A stretch of DNA of 64,000 nt, taken from positions 204,716 through 268,715 of the forward strand of contig JAPLCF010000041.1 of assembly GCA_026392355.1 (NCBI GenBank), read 5' to 3'. The notes under the pieces were generated by a model that had not been told where the DNA came from, did no database searches, and worked only from the letters and a program-made list of their open reading frames with translations. Shown here piece after piece: positions 19,759-26,871 of the stretch (its first letter is position 1; the number at the start of each line of letters is the position of its first letter). This DNA comes from Actinomycetota bacterium (GTDB taxonomy: Bacteria > Actinomycetota > Thermoleophilia > Gaiellales > F1-60-MAGs149). Made by a program: the position numbers and the translations under genes.

Positions 19759-20277
19759 GTGTTCAAAGTCGGAGATCGGATCGTCTACCCCCAGCACGGC
19801 GCCGGCATCATCGACGGCATCGAGACGCGCACCGTGCTTGGTGAGGAGGTCGAGTACCTCACGATTCGGATCATCGCCGACGACCTCGTCGTTCGCATTC
19901 CGGTCAATCGCGTTGATGAGCTGGGGCTCCGTCGCGTGATGGACCAGAAGGGCGCCAACGCCGTCCTCGCTGTGCTCGGTGAGGAGATCCCCGAGGACAC
20001 TGGCTCGTGGAGCCGCCGCTTCCGCATGAACAAGGACAAGATCCGCTCCGGCGACGTGCGCGAGATCGCTGAGGTCATCCGCGACCTCTCGCTGCGCGAT
20101 GCCGAGAAGCCCCTCTCGTCCGGTGAGCGCCAGCTCTTGGCCCAGGCCAAGCGCATTCTCTCGTCCGAGCTTCGCTGGTCGCTCGACAAGGACGAGGACG
20201 AGACGAACGCGCACCTCGACAAGCTGCTTTCGGACCTCGCCGAGGCGCGTGCCGAGGCTCGCGCCGCGCGCGCATAA
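19759..20277 (+). CDS. carD: CarD-family RNA polymerase-binding transcription regulator
   Basis: MFKVGDRIVYPQHGAGIIDGIETRTVLGEEVEYLTIR, then W..R....K...GD......V..L motif region. Confidence 0.9.
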   Translation: MFKVGDRIVYPQHGAGIIDGIETRTVLGEEVEYLTIRIIADDLVVRIPVNRVDELGLRRVMDQKGANAVLAVLGEEIPEDTGSWSRRFRMNKDKIRSGDVREIAEVIRDLSLRDAEKPLSSGERQLLAQAKRILSSELRWSLDKDEDETNAHLDKLLSDLAEARAEARAARA

Positions 20278-20283
20278 TCGCCG

Positions 20284-20976
20284 ATGGCTGAGGCGGTCGC
20301 CGTCTGGGCGGTCGTGGTCGCTGCTGGTTCTGGCGAGCGGCTAGGCGCCGAGCATCCGAAGGCCTTTGTGGCGTTTGGCGAGGATCCGCTGATTGCGTCG
20401 TCGGTTGCCGCGCTGGACGACCATCCCGCGATCGACGGCATCGTGCTCGTCGTGCCGGAGGGCTGGGAGGAGCGCGCCACCTTCATGGCCGACGACATCG
20501 GCGCCGGCAAGGCCTTGATCGCCGTAGCCGGCGGCGCGACCCGGTCCGATTCCGTTGCCGCGGGTGTCGCCGAGGTACCTGCCGACGCGGCGATCATCCT
20601 CGTCCACGACGCGGCCCGACCACTCGTCCCCGCCGACCTGATCGACCGCGTGCTCGGTGGCTTTGCCGACGGCGCCGACGGCGTGATCCCCGTGCTGCCG
20701 ATCGCCGACACGGTCAAGCGCATCGATGCCGCCGGACGGGTCGTGGAGACCCTCGATCGCGCCGAACTGCGCGCCGTGCAAACCCCGCAGGCGTTCCTCG
20801 CGGAGGGGTTTCGTCGCGCTGTCGCTGCGAAGGACCGCGCCACGGGTACGGACTGCGCGAGCCTGGTCGAGCGCGCGGGTGGCACGATCACCACGGTCGC
20901 CGGCGACGCGCGAGCGATGAAGATTACGACGCGTGCCGACCTCGAACGGGCGGAGGAGCTACGCGATGCTGACTGA
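20284..20976 (+). CDS. ispD: 2-C-methyl-D-erythritol 4-phosphate cytidylyltransferase
   Basis: AVVVAAGSGERLG...PKAF, VLVHDAARPLV, DTVK, LRAVQTPQAF motifs. Confidence 0.9.
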   Translation: MAEAVAVWAVVVAAGSGERLGAEHPKAFVAFGEDPLIASSVAALDDHPAIDGIVLVVPEGWEERATFMADDIGAGKALIAVAGGATRSDSVAAGVAEVPADAAIILVHDAARPLVPADLIDRVLGGFADGADGVIPVLPIADTVKRIDAAGRVVETLDRAELRAVQTPQAFLAEGFRRAVAAKDRATGTDCASLVERAGGTITTVAGDARAMKITTRADLERAEELRDAD

Positions 20977-21793
20977 TCATCACACCCACCTGCGCCCCGA
21001 CGATGACCCGCTTGACGAAGAGGCGCTGTCGATCGAGACGATCGTGCCGCACGTCGCTGCCGCCATGGATCGCGGGCTCTCGCACGTGGCGATCACCGAG
21101 CACATCTACCGCTTCCGCATTGCCAAGCCGGCCTGGGCGCATCCCTACTGGGACACGCAGACGCAGTGGGATATCGACGCGTACTGGGATGCCCTCAGCG
21201 AGGCGAAGGCGGCCGGCTTCCCGATCCTGATCGGCATTGAGTGCGACTGGCTGCCGAGTGGACAAGAGGTGCTCGTCGACGCGCTCAGGGGGCGTCCGTG
21301 GGATCTCATTCTCGGCAGCATCCACTGGGTCGATGAGGGCGCGGTCGATTACGACCTCTACTCGGCCTTCAAGGAGATCGATCCCGACGCGCTTTGGCGT
21401 GGCTACGTCGATCGCTATACGCGCGCGGCGCTGAGTGGCCAGTTCGACGTCATGACGCACGCGGACCTGCCGAAGTCGTTCGGTCCGCTGCCGTCGACCG
21501 AGACGCTCGACTGGGCCTTCGATCGCATCGCCGATGCGCTCGAGGAAGCCGGGTGCTGCGTCGAGATCTCCACGGCGGGCCTGCGCAAGGCCGCCCAGGA
21601 GATTTACCCCGGCCCGTCGCTGCTCGAGCGCTTCTGCGTCCGCGGTGTCCCGGTGGTCCTGTCGTCTGATGCGCACGAGCCAGAGAACGTCGGCTTCGCG
21701 TTCGATCAGGCCGTGCAGGCCGCACTCGATGCGGGCTACTCCGAGGTCATGGAGATCAAGGGGCGCGATCGTCGGGCGGTGCCCATTGGCTGA
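20966..21793 (+). CDS. PHP-domain phosphoesterase (histidinol-phosphatase HisJ family-like)
   Basis: ATG 20966 preceded by GGAGGAG and overlapping the ispD 3' end by 11 nt. MLTDHHTHLRPDD, ITEH, GIECD, GSIH, HADL, SSDAH metal-ligand motifs of PHP phosphatases. Confidence 0.75.
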   Translation: MLTDHHTHLRPDDDPLDEEALSIETIVPHVAAAMDRGLSHVAITEHIYRFRIAKPAWAHPYWDTQTQWDIDAYWDALSEAKAAGFPILIGIECDWLPSGQEVLVDALRGRPWDLILGSIHWVDEGAVDYDLYSAFKEIDPDALWRGYVDRYTRAALSGQFDVMTHADLPKSFGPLPSTETLDWAFDRIADALEEAGCCVEISTAGLRKAAQEIYPGPSLLERFCVRGVPVVLSSDAHEPENVGFAFDQAVQAALDAGYSEVMEIKGRDRRAVPIG

Positions 21794-22265
21794 GTTCCGC
21801 GTTGGTACGGCGGTTGATGCCCATCGTCTCGTTGAGGGACGCCCGCTCGTCCTCGGTGGCGTCACGATTCCGCACGACCGTGGTCTCGAAGGCCATTCCG
21901 ACGCCGACGTTGTGTGTCACGTGCTCACCGACGCACTGCTGGGAGCGACGGGAATTGGCGACATCGGTCGTATGTTCCCCGGGACCGAGGAGTGGAAGGA
22001 CGCCGCCTCGCTCGACCTACTCCGACGCGCGTGCGAGCGCATCGTCGAAGACGGCTGGCGCCTTGTCAACGCTGACTGCATGGTCGTAACGATGCAGCCG
22101 CGCATCGCGCCGCACGTCGATCAGATGCGCGCCAACTGTGCTGGTGCGTTGCAGTCGACGGCCGATCGGGTGTCGATCCGCGCGACGGGCACGGACGGGC
22201 TGGGCTTCACCGGCCGCGGTGAGGGCATCGCCGCGCAGGCGGTCGTCCTGCTCGAGCGCGACTAA
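21786..22265 (+). CDS. ispF: 2-C-methyl-D-erythritol 2,4-cyclodiphosphate synthase
   Basis: FRVGTAVDAHRLVEGRPLVLGGV.IPH..GLEGHSDADVV.H...DALLGA...GDIG..FP. The only upstream in-frame start near the conserved N-terminus is TTG 21786 (8-nt overlap with the PHP gene). Confidence 0.88.
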   Translation: MAEFRVGTAVDAHRLVEGRPLVLGGVTIPHDRGLEGHSDADVVCHVLTDALLGATGIGDIGRMFPGTEEWKDAASLDLLRRACERIVEDGWRLVNADCMVVTMQPRIAPHVDQMRANCAGALQSTADRVSIRATGTDGLGFTGRGEGIAAQAVVLLERD

Positions 22266-22275
22266 GTCTGCAGAT

Positions 22276-22465
22276 CTGGACTCGGGTCCGGACATTCTGG
22301 ATCCGGATCCGTTTTGTCCACTGGAGGGACAGTTTGGATCCGGATCCGTTTTGTCCACGTCGCCGTCTGCCGGGGCGTGGAGTCCACGCTTCTGGATCCG
22401 GGTCCGAATTGTCACTCGCAGGGCCGCTGAGTGGGTACGCCACCGGACAATTCGGACCCGGATCC
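22276..22465. repeat. cluster of ~22-nt palindromic repeat units (consensus TGGATCCGGRTCCGWWTTGTCC)
   Basis: 32-nt direct repeats at 22290..22321 and 22327..22358 (30/32; inner 24 nt identical). Third direct copy 22393..22415. Inverted copy 22445..22465, giving a perfect 20-bp inverted repeat with 22394..22413. Degenerate copy 22276..22297. Confidence 0.75.
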
Positions 22466-22478
22466 CTGTGCGCTTCGG

Positions 22479-22564
22479 GTTGCCGCCCGGCCCCAAGGGC
22501 GCGGCGTGAGGGCAACGGGGGTGGCTAGGCCGGGTCGGCCGCGCCCTTGGGGACGGGCGGCAAC
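22479..22564 (-). terminator. 27-bp inverted repeat spanning the htpX stop codon (3'-end stem-loop)
   Basis: GTTGCCGCCCGGCCCCAAGGGCGCGGC (22479..22505) is the reverse complement of 22538..22564 with one mismatch. The distal arm lies inside the last 13 codons of htpX. 32-nt loop contains the stop codon. Confidence 0.55.
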
Positions 22565-23460
22565 GTGAAGCCACCCATCTCCTCCAACCGCGCGATGCGG
22601 TCCTGGAGCGGGGGATGCGTGTCGAACAGGCCCGTCAAGCCAGAGCGGAGGCCCTGGTTGTCGCGCAGCGGCGACTCGATCCACATGTGTGCGGTGGCGC
22701 GATTGACCTTGCGCAGTGGACGCTGGTCGCTGCCGAGCTTCCAGAGGGCGCGGGCGAGGCCCTCGGGGTCGCCGGTGATTTCCGCAGCCGTGGCGTCGGC
22801 GAGGTACTCGCGACGACGCGACAGCGACATCTGTAGGAGCGCTGCACCGATCGGGGCGAGGATAATCGCGGCGATCGCGACGATCGCGCCAAGCGGGTTG
22901 TTGTTGTCGTTGTTGCGTCCGCCGCCGAAGAACAGGGACCACATCAGCATGTCGGCGACCATCGTGATCACGCCGACCATCACGGCGGCGAGCGTCATCA
23001 GGCGTACATCGCGATTGCGCACGTGTGCCATCTCGTGGGCCATCACGCCTTCGAGCTCGCGCTTATCGAGTAGCTGGAGAATGCCGGTCGTTGCGGCGAC
23101 GTACGCCTTGTCGGGCGTTCGGCCGGCGGCGAAGGCGTTCGGCGCGGGGTCGTCGATGATGTAGATGTCGGGCGTTTTCGCCAGGCCCGCGGCGATCGCC
23201 GCGTTCTCGACGCTGTTGAAGAGCTCGGGCGCATCGGCCTTCTCGATCTTGTGGGCGCCGGCCGTGGCAGCGACGATCGAGCCAGCCGCGACGTACCCGA
23301 AGATGCCGTAGCCGATCGCGACCATCAGCATCACGAGGCCCCAGCCGCCGCCGAACGCCACGCGAATGACGGCGACGATCAGCGCCATCAGAATGAAGAA
23401 CAGGACGAGCACGAGGATGGTCCGCAGGCGTGCGGACCTGATCTGCTGCTGCAGGGTCAT
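22525..23460 (-). CDS. htpX: zinc metalloprotease HtpX (M48 family)
   Basis: HEMAHVRNRD (HExxH), four TM segments, EYLAD and FDTHPP..DRI C-terminal motifs. Confidence 0.9.
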   Translation of the reverse strand: MTLQQQIRSARLRTILVLVLFFILMALIVAVIRVAFGGGWGLVMLMVAIGYGIFGYVAAGSIVAATAGAHKIEKADAPELFNSVENAAIAAGLAKTPDIYIIDDPAPNAFAAGRTPDKAYVAATTGILQLLDKRELEGVMAHEMAHVRNRDVRLMTLAAVMVGVITMVADMLMWSLFFGGGRNNDNNNPLGAIVAIAAIILAPIGAALLQMSLSRRREYLADATAAEITGDPEGLARALWKLGSDQRPLRKVNRATAHMWIESPLRDNQGLRSGLTGLFDTHPPLQDRIARLEEMGGFTLPPVPKGAADPA

Positions 23461-24020
23461 GCGCTGAGATCCACCTTGACCGGCTCGCGGTCGGCGTCGT
23501 CGTCGAGGCGGTAGAACTCGGCGAGCTGGTGTCCGAGCATGCCGGCGATCAGCGAGGTCGGGATCGTCTGCTGCTTCGTGTTGTAGGAGCGCACCGTCGT
23601 GTTGTAGTAGCGGCGCGCGGCAGCGATCTTGTCCTCGGTGTCCGACAGCTCGGTCTGCAGCTGCGTGAAGGCCTCGACGGCGCGCAGCTCCGGGTACGCC
23701 TCGGCGATCGCGAACAGCTTGCCGACGGCCTTCTGCATCTCGCCATCGGCGGCGGCCTTCTCATCGAGCGTCGTGGCGCCGAGCGCCTTCGCACGCGCAT
23801 TGGACACGCTCTCGAAGGCGGCGGTCTCGTGTGTGGCGTAGCCCTTGACAGTCTCCACGAGATTGGGGATCAGGTCGGCGCGGCGCTTGAGCTGCACGTC
23901 GATGGACGACAGGCCCTGGGCAACCTCGTTGCGCAGGCGCACGAGGCCGTTGAAGGTGAGAATGAACCACAGGCCGATTACGACAATCAGCACAACGAGC
24001 ACTATCAGGACGATGGTCAA
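23457..24020 (-). CDS. lemA: LemA family protein
   Basis: N-terminal TM, then FNGLVRLRNEV.....ID.QLKRR.DLIPNLVETVKGYA.HE...F motif. ATGA overlap with htpX. Confidence 0.9.
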   Translation of the reverse strand: MTIVLIVLVVLIVVIGLWFILTFNGLVRLRNEVAQGLSSIDVQLKRRADLIPNLVETVKGYATHETAAFESVSNARAKALGATTLDEKAAADGEMQKAVGKLFAIAEAYPELRAVEAFTQLQTELSDTEDKIAAARRYYNTTVRSYNTKQQTIPTSLIAGMLGHQLAEFYRLDDDADREPVKVDLSA

Positions 24021-24101
24021 CGGCGTGTCCTCGGTGGATGGTCAGGGGGCACAGACAATGCCCAGTGCCCACAGCGTATATCGGGTAGACGACAGCGGTT
24101 C

Positions 24102-24866
24102 TTACTGGGGCAGAGTCAGCATGCTGCCGCGGCGCTCCGCCAGGCCATCCTTGATCAAGAGCGCGGCGATCTCGGCATCGCAATCGACGAAGCGAATCGG
24201 TGCCTGACGCAGGCGGTCGAGCAGCTGTCCGCGCGCCTGTCGTCGCGATCCCTCGAAGCGGCTTTGCTTGCGTTGTGGCTCGTAGCGTTGCCCACGGCTC
24301 GGGCAGTCGCTGGCCAGGGGGCATGCCTCGCAGCGCGGGATGCGGGCCAGACAGAGCGTGGCACCGACGTCGAAAAGCGCCTGGGTGAGGTCGTGCCCCT
24401 TCCCGGTGGGTGGCTCGATCGTTGTGGCACCCAGCGCGCGCTCGAGGATGCGCTGCACGTTGACGTCGATCGGCACGACGTCGTGGTCGAGCGCGAGCGC
24501 GCAGATCGCGGCGGCGGTATACGGGCCAACGCCAGGCAGCGCGCGCCAGCCGGCCTGATCCTGCGGAATCCCCTGCTCGGCGAGCATGCGAGCCGCCTCA
24601 TGGAGGGCAACGGCGCGACGGTTGTAGCCGAGCCCCTGCCACGCGGCGATCACGTCGGCGCGGGTGGCGGCGGCGAGGTCCGCTGCGGTCGGCCAGCGCT
24701 CGAGCCACGCCGTCCAGCGCTCGATCACCCGGTCCACCTGCGTCTGCTGCAGCATCACCTCGCTGACGAGGATGGCGTACGGATCGCGCGTGTGCCGCCA
24801 CGGCAGGTCGCGCCCGTGCGCGGCGTACCAGGAGAGGACGCGATCGGCGAGCTGCTCGGGCGTCAT
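24102..24866 (-). CDS. mutY: A/G-specific adenine DNA glycosylase (MutY-like, HhH-GPD with 4Fe-4S loop)
   Basis: ATG 24866 within ORF 24102..25247 (alt ATG 24917). WY....RDLPWR...DPY..LVSE.MLQQTQV, GLGYNRRA, LPGVGPYTA, C.....P.C..CP....C cluster. The C-terminal region after the cluster is short (~60 aa). Confidence 0.8.
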   Translation of the reverse strand: MTPEQLADRVLSWYAAHGRDLPWRHTRDPYAILVSEVMLQQTQVDRVIERWTAWLERWPTAADLAAATRADVIAAWQGLGYNRRAVALHEAARMLAEQGIPQDQAGWRALPGVGPYTAAAICALALDHDVVPIDVNVQRILERALGATTIEPPTGKGHDLTQALFDVGATLCLARIPRCEACPLASDCPSRGQRYEPQRKQSRFEGSRRQARGQLLDRLRQAPIRFVDCDAEIAALLIKDGLAERRGSMLTLPQ

Positions 24867-24916
24867 CGGCACTCCGGCAGCGTAGTGCGCGCACGAGCCG
24901 TCACGTTCCGCGTGCA

Positions 24917-24938
24917 TTAGTTGACTAAGTGGACTAAG
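24917..24938. promoter_or_regulatory. AT-rich operator-like repeats upstream of the toxin-antitoxin pair
   Basis: Palindrome TTAGT-TG-ACTAA (24917..24928) and a tandem GACTAAG heptamer (24923..24929, 24932..24938), 13 nt upstream of the antitoxin GTG. Confidence 0.3.
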
Positions 24939-24950
24939 ATTCGGCGTATC

Positions 24951-25244
24951 GTGACCGACATCGTGAATGTCCATGAGGCCAAGACCCATCTGTCGAAGCT
25001 GCTGGCCCGTGTCGAGGCGGGGGAGGAGATCATCCTCGCCCGCGGTGGCGCGCCGATCGCAAAGATCGTGCCGATCCCCGTCCAGCGCGAGTGGGCTGGC
25101 CCAGGTGCGTGGAAAGGCAAGTACGACATCCCTGACGACGCCTTCGAGTGGAGCGAGGAAGAGCTGCGCGAGATGTTCGGAGACCTCGCGTTCGCCGACG
25201 ATCCGCCGCGAGCAGATGACGCCCGCAGCGGGCGGGACGACTGA
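24951..25244 (+). CDS. type II antitoxin, Phd/YefM family
   Basis: Within ORF 24921..25244. IVNVHEAKTHLSKLLARVEAGEEIILARGGAPIAKIVP is a typical Phd/YefM-type N-terminus. Start GTG 24951 or 24963. Stops 3 nt before vapC. Confidence 0.75.
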   Translation: MTDIVNVHEAKTHLSKLLARVEAGEEIILARGGAPIAKIVPIPVQREWAGPGAWKGKYDIPDDAFEWSEEELREMFGDLAFADDPPRADDARSGRDD

Positions 25245-25247
25245 CAC

Positions 25248-25631
25248 ATGGCGCTGTTGCTCGACACCAACGCTGTCGTCTGGTGGCTGACGGATTCTTC
25301 CCGGCTCTCAGAGGTCGCACGCGCGACGATCAACGCGGAGGTGGCCTCGGGTCGCGTCTACGTGAGCGCAGTCTCCGGGTTCGAGATGGCGCTCGGCGAG
25401 GCACGTGGCACGATGCCGTCAGCGGAGGACTTCATCGAGGACGCGGAGTCCTCCGGTTTCAGGATGCTGCCCTTCGAGGCGCAGGACGCCGTCGCGGTCG
25501 CCGCGCTGCCGCGTCTGCACGGCGACCCGTTCGACCGAGCCCTCGCCGCGCAGGCGCAACGGCGCCAACTGACGCTGATGACCGCTGATCGCGTCCTCGC
25601 CCAGTACCCAATCGCCGTCTACCGCCTCTGA
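25248..25631 (+). CDS. vapC: type II toxin, PIN-domain VapC family
   Basis: MALLLDTNAVVWWL (first acidic PIN residue), S.VS..E, later HGDPFDR.L.AQA motif. 127 aa. Confidence 0.8.
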   Translation: MALLLDTNAVVWWLTDSSRLSEVARATINAEVASGRVYVSAVSGFEMALGEARGTMPSAEDFIEDAESSGFRMLPFEAQDAVAVAALPRLHGDPFDRALAAQAQRRQLTLMTADRVLAQYPIAVYRL

Positions 25632-25650
25632 TGTCTGCGAGCCTGCCCCG

Positions 25651-26871
25651 ATGAGCGTTCGTGTTCGCTTCGCACCCGCCCCGACCGGCGACCTCCACAT
25701 CGGCGGTGCGATGGTGGCCGTCGCCAACCACCTCCTGCGTCTGCAGCAGGGCGGTGCCTTCGTGCTGCGCATCGACGACACGGATTCATCCGAGCACGCC
25801 GATGGCGCGGCTGCGCGCATCGAGGCGACGCTCGCGTGGCTGGGCATCACAATCGATGAGGGTCCTGATACGGGGCCGTACGCGCCGTACCGCCAGTCCT
25901 TGCGCACGGCAGATCATCTCGCTGCCGCCGATCGTCTCGTCGAATCTGGTGTCGCGCGGCGAGGCGGCGATGGCTCCGTCGCGCTTGCGCCCATCGAGCG
26001 CGACATCGTGATCGACGATCTTAGCCGCGGCGCGATCCGTATTCCCGCCGGCGAGTTGCCGCGCACGATTCTCGTCCGCTCAGACGGTCGACCCACGTTT
26101 CACATCGCCACGGCGGTCGACGATGCGGCGATGGCGATCACGCACGTGCTGCGCGGCGAGGACCACATCACCAACACCGCGATCCAGCTCGCGCTGTGTG
26201 AGGGCCTGGGTGTCGAGCCGCCACGGTTCTCGCACCTGCCGATCGTGGTGGGTGAGGACGGCGCCAAGCTGTCATCGAGCCACGGTGCCGTCGGCGTCGA
26301 CGAGCTGCATGCGGCGGGTTGGCTGCCGAGCGCGGTGGTCGATTGGCTGGCGCGCTCGGCCTGTCCGCCGATTACTGCGCTGCCTGCCTCGACGCCCGCG
26401 GAGCTCGCGGTCGTGTTTGACCCGGCGCGTCTCGGGCACGGCACGACGCGTCTCGATCCGGCGCTGCTCGAGCGGCTCGGGCGCGATCACCTGGCCCTGC
26501 TGCCCCCGACCGAACTCGCCCAGCGGGTGGGGGAGGAGCTCGGCCGCACAGGTATCGCTTGCACCCAGGAGCAGCTCGACCTGCTCGCCCCGGGACTCGG
26601 CGACGCGACCACGATCCCGCAAGCCGCGGCGCTCGTCGCCGACGTGATCGAGCGCAGCGCGCCGCTGACGCCTACCGATGGCGATCGCGCCGCGGCGGCT
26701 GCACTCCTCGAGCACGACACGGAGGACCCCGACGCGCTCGGCGTGGGCAAGAAGGCGATCCGCCGGGTGCTGACGTCCTCGGACCACGGCATCCCGCTAC
26801 CGTTCCTGCTCGCGGCGCTGCCGCGGGACGAGATCGTCGCCCGCGCCCAGGCCGTCTTGGACCAGCCATGA
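25651..26871 (+). CDS. gltX: glutamate--tRNA ligase-like protein (compact, 406 aa, degenerate KMSKS)
   Basis: VRVRFAPAPTGDLHIGGA, LRIDDTD, GPY.QS.R, RSDGRPTFH.A..VDD..M.ITHVLRGEDH..NT. KLSSSHG in place of KLSKRHG. ATGA overlap with cysS. Confidence 0.75.
   Translation: MSVRVRFAPAPTGDLHIGGAMVAVANHLLRLQQGGAFVLRIDDTDSSEHADGAAARIEATLAWLGITIDEGPDTGPYAPYRQSLRTADHLAAADRLVESGVARRGGDGSVALAPIERDIVIDDLSRGAIRIPAGELPRTILVRSDGRPTFHIATAVDDAAMAITHVLRGEDHITNTAIQLALCEGLGVEPPRFSHLPIVVGEDGAKLSSSHGAVGVDELHAAGWLPSAVVDWLARSACPPITALPASTPAELAVVFDPARLGHGTTRLDPALLERLGRDHLALLPPTELAQRVGEELGRTGIACTQEQLDLLAPGLGDATTIPQAAALVADVIERSAPLTPTDGDRAAAAALLEHDTEDPDALGVGKKAIRRVLTSSDHGIPLPFLLAALPRDEIVARAQAVLDQP

Noticed and set aside
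22298-22358. Possible CRISPR array (identical 24-mers)
   Set aside because: Only two perfect copies plus diverged or inverted ones. Spacers have unequal length (13 and 34 nt). The units are themselves palindromic around GGATCCGGATCC. No cas genes in the window. Treated as a REP-like repeat cluster instead.
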